NCBI GenBank assembly: GCA_965219995.1 | Contig: CBDCOX010000002.1 | Coordinates: 1,280,001-1,344,000 of the forward strand | DNA: 64,000 nt | DNA from: Candidatus Latescibacterota bacterium | Lineage (GTDB): Bacteria; Latescibacterota; UBA2968; GCA-2709665 | Direction: 5' to 3' | In this document: positions 30,271 to 38,330 of the stretch, piece after piece | Layout of the letters: every line of letters starts with the position of its first letter | Position numbering within the stretch: position 1 is the first letter of the stretch | The notes under the pieces: generated by a model | Seen by the model: only the letters and a program-made list of their open reading frames with translations | What the model was told of the DNA's origin: nothing | Database searches by the model: none | Made by a program: the position numbers and the translations under genes

Positions 30271-30395
30271 TGTCGTAGCCTGCCACGTTCACGCTGTCGA
30301 TGCGACAGCGCTCTTCTTTCTCCGCGACTCACGGGTTGAAATCGGGGCCCATCGCCAGCTCCGCTGGTTACTTGCAAGGCCTAGCCGCGCCGTCC

Positions 30396-30848
30396 CTACG
30401 TTTTGTTCAAGGACTTGGCCATTAGTTTCCTTGCCTTTGGAATGCGAGCAGCAATAGCCTTAAAACTGGGGCCCTTCCGCACATCGGCTAAGCCGTCGGT
30501 GCCATAATTGTCGTAGTATTCTTCGACCAACCGAACATACTCTTCGCAATAGTAAAGCTCTTGCCTGTAATTTTTCGCCTTCCTGGAGAGGATGGCCACC
30601 CGCTCGAAATAGTAAGGTGCCGCAACCAGGCCCGCAGATTCCATCGTCTTCAACTCCGCGTCGCAGCACCTTTTCATGTATTCAATGTCATGCTTGTTCT
30701 GGTCTGCGTGTTCCCATGTCTGTTTGCCGTCCACCAGGTTTGCGCCGTCGGTTAGCTCCGCGATCAACTCGCCGCTCGTCTTCGGTATACCGCTGTCCTT
30801 TAGCAACGAGGAATTCCTTTTTTGGTACAATTTCCTGAAAAGCCTCAT
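30396..30848 (-). CDS. Hypothetical protein, helical/TPR-like
   Basis: 150-aa ORF after a GGGAG site, with APYYFERVAILSRK.KNY..E; probably co-transcribed with the DUF2971-like gene. Confidence 0.6.
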   Translation of the reverse strand: MRLFRKLYQKRNSSLLKDSGIPKTSGELIAELTDGANLVDGKQTWEHADQNKHDIEYMKRCCDAELKTMESAGLVAAPYYFERVAILSRKAKNYRQELYYCEEYVRLVEEYYDNYGTDGLADVRKGPSFKAIAARIPKARKLMAKSLNKT

Positions 30849-30875
30849 TAGATTTCTCCCTCATTGTGCCCTACG

Positions 30876-31727
30876 TCATCGCGGCAAAAAGAACTCTGGA
30901 CACTTCGCGTGAATTAAATCCTCCGCGTACCTCTTGAAATACAGATCGATGTCGTAAGAATAAAACGTCTCAAATGCGCCGTGTGATTCGAAACTAAGTG
31001 GGAATAGCCGAGCTTCTGGAACTGCAGGTGCAAAGAACCGCACCTCCCGCTCTGGGCCAAACTGAGACCGCTTTCGAAATGCGGGATGTCGTCGAAGTTC
31101 GTCCTCGGTGTACTCAACAAGGCCAGACATAAGGTATTCTTGCCCATCAGCCTCGTCGAGCAGATAACGAAAAATCGATTTCAAACGGCGGTAGGTAGTT
31201 TTGATTCCAACGCCGTCGCGGCCTCCGGCGTAGTTGCGCCACATCAGGTCCGATGCACCAAAGGGTTCGACAATCGTCCAACACGATGCGGTTCCGTGCG
31301 GATACTTGACGCGTGTGGCAGCGTTTACGAACATGCTGCGGACATCGTTTCTGAAGAGGTCGTCAACACCGTCACCATTACCGCTCTGGTTTATGAAATC
31401 TTCCAACCCATTCTTGTGTGCACGAAGGACGCCGGATGGATAAGATCCATCATAGGGATCGTCATAGTATCGGGGTGGCGCCAAATACAGCCCTGGGTTC
31501 GCCAGGAAGTGAATGAACTTCGCATGCGAGAGGATCCGACCAACGACGGTATCTTCCGCAGGTTCGATAGGCGGTTCAAATTGATATTGCTGTATCTGCA
31601 GTTGCAGTATCGCCTCAAAGCGTTTCTTTTTATCTGCGCACGTTTTGTCCATGCGCAGCGTCTCGAATGCTGCAACAACGTCCTCGCTCAGAGCAATTCC
31701 TGGAACTGCGTTTTGGCAATTAACCAT
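30876..31727 (-). CDS. DUF2971-like protein
   Basis: YDDPYDG, SCWT, SDLMWRNYA...GVGI and RKRSQF..EREVRF follow the DUF2971 pattern. Confidence 0.65.
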   Translation of the reverse strand: MVNCQNAVPGIALSEDVVAAFETLRMDKTCADKKKRFEAILQLQIQQYQFEPPIEPAEDTVVGRILSHAKFIHFLANPGLYLAPPRYYDDPYDGSYPSGVLRAHKNGLEDFINQSGNGDGVDDLFRNDVRSMFVNAATRVKYPHGTASCWTIVEPFGASDLMWRNYAGGRDGVGIKTTYRRLKSIFRYLLDEADGQEYLMSGLVEYTEDELRRHPAFRKRSQFGPEREVRFFAPAVPEARLFPLSFESHGAFETFYSYDIDLYFKRYAEDLIHAKCPEFFLPR

Positions 31728-31996
31728 TGGTCATCCAATTAGAGACGACTGGTTTCAACCGTGAACCAGCTCGTCGCCTGCGCTCTGAAGGGATAAGTTG
31801 GTTTTTTAATATTGTGCGATGTTCCGCAGCCAAAACTATTACCGGATTTCCGCCATCAGTGGTCTCCCAAATTGCTACAGCATCAAGAAGTGTTTCGCCG
31901 AATTGCAGAACATGAAATCCTCTCTGTTAGGCGCGAATTTGACGCGTATGCCTTGGGCCTTTCGGTGTCTCGAGTTACCATGCCGGTGAAGCAACC

Positions 31997-32323
31997 CTAC
32001 ACCTGTAGCAGGCGACGCTGCAGCAGCGTCTGCATGTCCCGACGTCCATCCGCGATAACGAACACGTATACAGAATCGCCGACCACCTTATAGATAATTC
32101 TGTAGGGCTTGAAGAAGACCTCCCGATATTCCCGTACCCCAATGTCCAGCAGTTCCCTCGGATGGTTCCCTCTCTCCGGATGCACGGACAGGCCCAGGAA
32201 GGCTCTTTCGATCCGCTCCAACACATAATCCGCGCTGGTCGGCGAATCGTACCGGTCGATATAGTCACAGATCTCTTCCAGGTCGCGGGCGGCATCATCG
32301 GTCAACTGGACTTCAAAAGCCAT
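31997..32323 (-). CDS. RelE/ParE-family toxin
   Basis: LTDDAARDLEEICDYI, HPERG, YRIIY, IADGRRD. Coupled to the antitoxin. Confidence 0.9.
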   Translation of the reverse strand: MAFEVQLTDDAARDLEEICDYIDRYDSPTSADYVLERIERAFLGLSVHPERGNHPRELLDIGVREYREVFFKPYRIIYKVVGDSVYVFVIADGRRDMQTLLQRRLLQV

Positions 32324-32592
32324 CAGCGATCCCGTTTCCGCAGCCGCGCGATCACGTCCGTAGCGGGTTCTACCCGGGCGGCGTCAATCTGACGGTTGCC
32401 CAGCGCCAGAATCTTGAGCAACGCCATCGTCTCCTGTGTTTTTTCAAAGCTGTCTATGTCCTGCAACACCACCTTGGCCTCGCCATTCTGAGTGATGACC
32501 ATGGGCTCTCCCTTTTCACGGAGCGTACTCACGATCTCCGAGACATGGGCCTTGAGGTAGCTGATCGGCTTGATCTGGCTGGACAGTTTCAT
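32323..32592 (-). CDS. Phd/YefM-family antitoxin
   Basis: IKPISYLK, PMVITQNGEAKVVLQD. Confidence 0.9.
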   Translation of the reverse strand: MKLSSQIKPISYLKAHVSEIVSTLREKGEPMVITQNGEAKVVLQDIDSFEKTQETMALLKILALGNRQIDAARVEPATDVIARLRKRDR

Positions 32593-33046
32593 AAGCGCCT
32601 CCTTTCCTGTCCAAATTTAGTCCATAAACAGGTCAAACGCAAGCGCTGAATTCCCCGGTCTGCATCTGCAGTTAACGTCCGGCCAAGCCGCGACGTCGCA
32701 CGGACACTTTTCCCAGACCCTCGCCAGACTACTGCTATCCAGATTCTCCGTCGCCCTTTTTTCCTGACAAACACGCGTCTGAATGAGGTGCTATTTGCCG
32801 CTTCACGGAACGTGCCAGGCCAATGCAATGCGATTTCAATCCGGAATTACGGGCTTTCAGACCGAACGAGACTGTTTTTCCGACATTTTACAAACTTCGC
32901 GATTGACCTGAACCCGTTGAAATCATATATAGTCAGTACCCTCAGCGACTCCGCGTCTCTTGCGCCGCCGAACCTGTCGGATTCGCGGTTTGCGTTCAGA
33001 CTGCAGTGTCGCAGTTCGCATTGAAAGTACGTGGAGGTCATCACCC

Positions 33047-34690
33047 GTGCATGAAATCGATTTTCTCGGGGATCTGATAATCATACTCGGTTCGGCGGTC
33101 CTGGTCGCAACGGTTCTGCGCCGCGCGGGCATCCCGTCGATCGCGGGGCTGATTCTTGCGGGTATGTTCGCGGGGCCCACGGCGCTGGGCCTGGTGGACG
33201 ACACGCATCAGGTCGAGATGATGGCCGAGGTCGGAATTGTCCTCCTGCTCTTCGGGATCGGTCTGGAACTCTCGCTGAGGCATATGAGGCGCATGTGGAA
33301 TGCCATCCTGCTGGGCGGCGGCATCCAGGTGGCCGCCACGATCCTGTGCACCGCACTTGCGGCGGGATGGTTCGGCATGGCACCGGGGCCTGCGGTGTTT
33401 CTGGGATTCGTTGTCGCGGTCTCCAGCACGGCCATTGTGCTGCGCGGGCTTTCGAGCCGCGGTGAACTGGACGCGCCGCATGGCCGCCTGGCCGTTGGCA
33501 TCCTGATTTTCCAGGACCTGTGTGTGGTTCCGATGATCCTGGCGGTGCCTTTTCTGGCAGGTCAGGATGGAACCACGTGGGAAATCGCGGTCGCTGCCGC
33601 CACGGGTCTCGCCATTCTGGCGGGAGTGCTTGTTGCAGCCAATCGTACGGTACCCTACATACTCGCATTCGTTGCCAGGTCGCGAGAGAGAGAATTGTTC
33701 GTACTCACGGTGTTTCTCGTGTGTTTCGGCATTGCGTGGGTCCTGTCGATGGCGGGAATATCGCTGGCGCTCGGGGCGTTCCTCGCGGGCCTGATCGTCG
33801 CCGGCAGCGAGTTTCGTCACCAGGCGATGTCGGACCTGATACCCGTGCGCGAAGCTTTCGCCAGCCTCTTCTTTGTATCCGTGGGCATGCTGCTGGATGT
33901 TTCGGAGGTACTTGCGCATCTGCTGCCGACGCTCGGGCTCTGCGCTGTCATTCTCGCGGGAAAGTTCGTCATCGTGCTCGGGATGGGCCTGATCCTTCGG
34001 CTTCCGCTCCGCGTCGCAATCCAGTCCGCTGCAACTCTGTGTCAGATCGGCGAGTTTTCATTCGTACTCCTGAACGCGGCTTCCGGAACCGGCCTCCTCG
34101 ACACAGCACTGTCCGATAACCTCCTTTTCGCGATCATCCTGTCCATGTTGCTCACCCCCATCGCCATCGCCTTCGCCCCTCACCTTGCGCTCGGGGTCAC
34201 CCGAATTCCGTGGCTGAACCGGATTCTGGATGCCGAGCCCCCCGGGATCGATACGCACGAACCGCACAGCGACCACGTCATCGTCGCCGGATACGGGCGG
34301 GCGGGCCGGGAAGTCTGCCATGCTGCCCGGGACGCGGGATTCGCCTGCGTTGCGGTGGACGTCAACGTGGACAATGTTCGGAAGGCGCATGCGGCAGGTG
34401 ACCTGGCGGTGTACGGCGACGTCACTCAGCGGGAAGTCCTGGAAGAACTCGGGTGCCGGGATGCGCGTCTGGTTGTGGTGACGATAAACGACACCCGGGC
34501 CACCGAGGTCGCCGTCCGCGCGATCCGGCGCGCGGCTCCTGACACACGGGTTATCGCGCGCACCATGTACGATATGGATGAGAGCTCATTGCGTGCCGCC
34601 GGCGCCAGCCGGGTCATCACAGCCGAAGCGACCACAAGCGACGTCGTTGTCGGCACGTGTCTCGAGGAACTAAAAGCGGGGAGACGGTAG
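33047..34690 (+). CDS. CPA2 cation:proton antiporter (KefB/KefC-like) with TrkA-N domain
   Basis: AEVGIVLLLFGIGLE, SSTAIV, FQDL, GAFLAG, QIGEFSF, AGYGRAG, YGD.T. Confidence 0.93.
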   Translation: MHEIDFLGDLIIILGSAVLVATVLRRAGIPSIAGLILAGMFAGPTALGLVDDTHQVEMMAEVGIVLLLFGIGLELSLRHMRRMWNAILLGGGIQVAATILCTALAAGWFGMAPGPAVFLGFVVAVSSTAIVLRGLSSRGELDAPHGRLAVGILIFQDLCVVPMILAVPFLAGQDGTTWEIAVAAATGLAILAGVLVAANRTVPYILAFVARSRERELFVLTVFLVCFGIAWVLSMAGISLALGAFLAGLIVAGSEFRHQAMSDLIPVREAFASLFFVSVGMLLDVSEVLAHLLPTLGLCAVILAGKFVIVLGMGLILRLPLRVAIQSAATLCQIGEFSFVLLNAASGTGLLDTALSDNLLFAIILSMLLTPIAIAFAPHLALGVTRIPWLNRILDAEPPGIDTHEPHSDHVIVAGYGRAGREVCHAARDAGFACVAVDVNVDNVRKAHAAGDLAVYGDVTQREVLEELGCRDARLVVVTINDTRATEVAVRAIRRAAPDTRVIARTMYDMDESSLRAAGASRVITAEATTSDVVVGTCLEELKAGRR

Positions 34691-34810
34691 ATGAAGGCGG
34701 TGAGACGGGAGACGGTAGACGGGAGATGACATCCTTGCCCAAACGCTTTTCCCTTATGCCTCTGGCAAGAAATGAAACCGACCGGGGCAGACAATCTCTC
34801 ACGTCTCACC
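34678..34810. repeat. Heptamer tandem repeats with an inverted partner
   Basis: GGGAGAC/GGTAGAC units at 34678-34727. GGTGAGACGGGAGA (34699-34712) is 13/14 complementary to TCTCACGTCTCACC (34797-34810). Confidence 0.55.
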
Positions 34811-34976
34811 TCTTTCCCTGGGAGCGAGGGCATCTTGCGCTCGATGCGCTCCGTTTTGGTCCTGCCGCTTCAAGGCGCACACTTCGACGAATTTCGTTTT
34901 TGATTCAAGCTGACTGTTGAAGACGGATAGCTGATTGCATTTCCTAACGATCCCAGCCCCCACTGCCAAACGCAAG

Positions 34977-35013
34977 GTCCCGATGGAATACTCCACCGGG
35001 ACTTCCTTTTTTT
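34977..35013 (+). terminator. Probable intrinsic terminator
   Basis: GTCCCG...CGGGAC stem with inner TGGA/TCCA, followed by TTCC and a T-run. Confidence 0.5.
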
Positions 35014-35019
35014 AAATAT

Positions 35020-35064
35020 CCCGCCGCCAAGACTGTTGCATTTTACAACTGTCTTGGCGGCGGG
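35020..35064. repeat. Strong palindromic hairpin
   Basis: Perfect 14-bp stem CCCGCCGCCAAGAC / GTCTTGGCGGCGGG with inner GTTG/CAAC. Confidence 0.65.
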
Positions 35065-35183
35065 TTGGATTGACGATCGAACCTGATTTCGATATATTCC
35101 CGTGACGTCCAATCTACCCAAACCAGATGAGTCGGGACGAGAAAAGACCACTTCGGAGAGCCATAACTTACCAAGACGGATCA

Positions 35184-36470
35184 ATGTCACGAGATCGAGA
35201 GCTGCCACTTCCCCCGGAATTTCAAGAACAGATCAACCAGGTCCAGGCAATCGGTTGTATAGCACCGTTTCTGGCTCTCCTTTCACGATTTGGCGTTGGC
35301 GGCGATCGTCTCAAGAACTTCGTCGCTGATTTCAGGGAATTGAAAGCCCAGGCGGCAGAGCTTGCCGAATTGCCAGTGGCGTTCCATGAAGGCTTTGCAG
35401 AACGCGGCTGGCTCATTTCGGAGTCCACAAGTCTTGAAACAGCAAGGGCGGCACTTTCTGGCCTAGAATGCTGCAGCATCAACGACGCTGAAGATCTATT
35501 GGCTTCTGATTATGAAGGCGACAGACTGGATTTTGTCGTAAAGCGCCTATGCCAGACGCAGGGATTCAAGTTGCGCAAAGCGCAGCTTCAGGAAGCACTC
35601 ACGTTAACCCACGAAGGCCGTTACCTTGCCGCAGCACCGTTGCTGCTTATAGTTGCGGACGGGGTCGGCGAGGATGAGTTTAAAAAGTCGATCTTCAGTG
35701 ACGGTGTAGACCTCGAGGAACTCCATTCATTGGCCGGCCAACCAGACGCTTTGCCCAGACTGGTTAAACAGATGTGCCGCACTCGACGAAAGACTACTGA
35801 GGAAACCGTCAGTTTTCCGTACCGAAACGGTATTCTCCATGGCCGCGACCTTGGCTATGGCAACCGATTGATCACCGCGAAATGTTGGTCGTTCTTGAGC
35901 AATATTGCCGATGTAATTCGTGCCCGTGAAGCGAAACGGTCTCTGAATCCGGAGCCCGAGCCTTCCATTTCCGATCTCCTCGACAGGCATGCCAATACGT
36001 TGGATCAAAGGGAGCGAATCACGGCATGGCGAGCTCGGCCAATTTCCAGAGACCGGATCAACGTGTTTGCCGAACCAACGACATATGACCTTGTGTCGGA
36101 CGAACCAGAAACAGCACTTGCTGATTTTTTGAGGGCCTGGAAAGGAAACAACTTTGGACGTATGGGTGCGTTGACGGTTTACTTCGACAATCGCCCGGTC
36201 AACCGACGCGCGGGTGAAATCCGGAAGATGATAAACGGCGTGACGCTTATTGGTGCTGTCATCATATGCATTGAAGATAAAATGCCCGCAATTACAGAGA
36301 TCACGGTCGATCTGTCTTATAGTGTGGAGAGTGGGAATCGCTCAGATAGGTTCACATTTGTCATGAATTGTGTTGATGACGACGGGGAACTCGCCGTTCA
36401 CGGAGATAAGGCGGCACATTGGCTGGTTTTACCCAGCTATCAAGGTTGGGCGACTCAGCATCGCACTTAA
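35184..36470 (+). CDS. Hypothetical protein with a HEPN-like RNxxxH motif
   Basis: Long, AT-richer ORF; helical N-terminal half with FPYRNGILHG. Alternative start at 35127. Confidence 0.65.
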   Translation: MSRDRELPLPPEFQEQINQVQAIGCIAPFLALLSRFGVGGDRLKNFVADFRELKAQAAELAELPVAFHEGFAERGWLISESTSLETARAALSGLECCSINDAEDLLASDYEGDRLDFVVKRLCQTQGFKLRKAQLQEALTLTHEGRYLAAAPLLLIVADGVGEDEFKKSIFSDGVDLEELHSLAGQPDALPRLVKQMCRTRRKTTEETVSFPYRNGILHGRDLGYGNRLITAKCWSFLSNIADVIRAREAKRSLNPEPEPSISDLLDRHANTLDQRERITAWRARPISRDRINVFAEPTTYDLVSDEPETALADFLRAWKGNNFGRMGALTVYFDNRPVNRRAGEIRKMINGVTLIGAVIICIEDKMPAITEITVDLSYSVESGNRSDRFTFVMNCVDDDGELAVHGDKAAHWLVLPSYQGWATQHRT

Positions 36471-36695
36471 GTACAACACGGCGACGGTAGAATTGACTTT
36501 GTCAGACGTGTCGACAGATGGCCACCTGCTGGGCGCAATTGGCTGCAAGGATCTGGATCTGCGGTAATTCTACACTTACGCAAGCATTCATTGGCGCCCC
36601 TTCAATGAAAGAGTGGAGGCACAACAGACCTGTCTAGACGCCCCAGTACACACTAAGCCAAGCCTCACCGCGTTCGCTAGTTGCAGACATAAGAA

Positions 36696-36725
36696 GATCC
36701 CGACGATCGATCCCATCGGGGTCTT
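36696..36725. repeat. 30-bp hairpin, direct repeat of 53856-53885
   Basis: GATCCCGACGATCGATCCCATCGGGGTCTT versus GACCCCGACGGACGATCCCATCGGGGTCTT, 27/30 identical. Confidence 0.7.
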
Positions 36726-37070
36726 TTTCTGTACGGAACTTAACACCGAATCCGTCGCAGAATGCGACGTATACAGCTGCGCGTCGTGTTGAATTGACCA
36801 TAGATACGGATTCGCATATATTGCGTTCTCTTTCCATAAGATATCCATGCGCTCGTCTGTCAATGGTGGTTGATAAAGTGCGTGGAGTAGGTTTCGCAAG
36901 AGTGAATACCTGTACCTGCAATGCCAATCAGTCTGTCAGACGTTAAGTTGGCAGCATTGATAGATCTGCGTTACACAAATTCGAGAATCGACTTTGGGAA
37001 AAAGTGGCATAACCTCAGAAATCGCAGTTAATCGACGTTTATAATCTCACGAATTCGGGAAGTAATCTCG

Positions 37071-38261
37071 ATGTTCACAGGTGCATCGCGGATCAAGTCT
37101 CTCGAAATCTTCGCTGGTGCAGGTGGGCTCGCGCTCGGCGCCGCACGTGCCGGATTTCGTCATGTCGCCGTGATTGATTCTGACAATGCGTCTTGCCGCA
37201 CACTGCGTCGAAACAAGGCTGACGGGGTTGAGCATGCATTGAACTGGAAAATCGTAGAATCCGATACGCGTTTTTACGATTTCGAGAAGTACGCAGGGCA
37301 CGTACATTTGGTTTCGGGAGGACCGCCATGCCAACCCTTTTCCAGCGGTGGCAAGCGATTGGGCCACGCCGATAAGCGGGACATGTTTCCACATGCCATC
37401 CGAGCGGTCCGTGAGATTCGGCCAATGGGATTCCTATTTGAGAACGTCAAAGGGCTAATTAGACCAAGCTTTTCACGCTACTACGAATACATAATTCTAC
37501 AGCTCAGGTTTCCAGGTGTCTCACAGCGGGACGGAGAGAATTGGACCGATCATTACCGCAGACTTGAGCAACTATGTGCGGCCACGAGCAATTCGGAACT
37601 TATGTACAACGTTGCCTACAAATGTCTGAACGCTGCCGATTACGGCGTTCCACAAAGACGTGAACGTGTCTTCGTCGTTGGAACTAGGGCTGACCTTGGA
37701 TTGGAGTTCAACTTCCCACAAGGATCACACTCACGTGAGGCGCTTCTGCGTGATCAATGGGTAACTGGACATTACTGGGAACGCCACGAGATTCCGAAGT
37801 CTAAACGCCCGAATGGGCCACCAAACAGGCTGAAGCGACGGATTGAAAAACTATCCTTAGGTGTTTTTGATGAACTTGGTAGCCCCTGGCGGACTGTGCG
37901 TGACGCGATTCGCGACCTGCCTAGAGTTGGGATAGGTCAGACGTCCAAGAAAGCCTCGAATCATTTTCTCAACCCAGGGGCGCGTGCATACCCGGGGCAC
38001 GATGGCAGCAGATGGGACGAACCCGCGAAGACGATTAAGGCTGGTGACCACGGCGTGCCGGGCGGCGAGAACACTCTACGTTATGACGGTTTATCAGTGA
38101 GGTATTTCTCGGTTCGGGAGTGTGCTCGCTTGCAAACATTCCCCGACAACTGGTACTTTGAGGGATCCTGGACCAATTCCATGCGGCAACTAGGTAATGC
38201 TGTTCCTGTTGATCTTGCCAATGCGGTCGCTTCGAAACTCTTCGCTGCACTTGCGGGTTAG
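37071..38261 (+). CDS. DNA (cytosine-5)-methyltransferase
   Basis: Motif I FAGAGG, IV GGPPCQPFS, VI ENVKGL, VIII YGVPQRRERVF, IX RECARLQTFPD, X QLGNAVP. Confidence 0.96.
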   Translation: MFTGASRIKSLEIFAGAGGLALGAARAGFRHVAVIDSDNASCRTLRRNKADGVEHALNWKIVESDTRFYDFEKYAGHVHLVSGGPPCQPFSSGGKRLGHADKRDMFPHAIRAVREIRPMGFLFENVKGLIRPSFSRYYEYIILQLRFPGVSQRDGENWTDHYRRLEQLCAATSNSELMYNVAYKCLNAADYGVPQRRERVFVVGTRADLGLEFNFPQGSHSREALLRDQWVTGHYWERHEIPKSKRPNGPPNRLKRRIEKLSLGVFDELGSPWRTVRDAIRDLPRVGIGQTSKKASNHFLNPGARAYPGHDGSRWDEPAKTIKAGDHGVPGGENTLRYDGLSVRYFSVRECARLQTFPDNWYFEGSWTNSMRQLGNAVPVDLANAVASKLFAALAG

Positions 38262-38330
38262 GGAAACTCTGAAAAACGACACCTACGTCCATAATGGTAG
38301 ACACTCAATATGCCTGAGGAGGAATAACCG

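Noticed and set aside
36588-36927. Two small minus-strand ORFs before the methylase as a controller (C) protein
   Set aside because: No HTH signature; both read through the 30-bp hairpin repeat.
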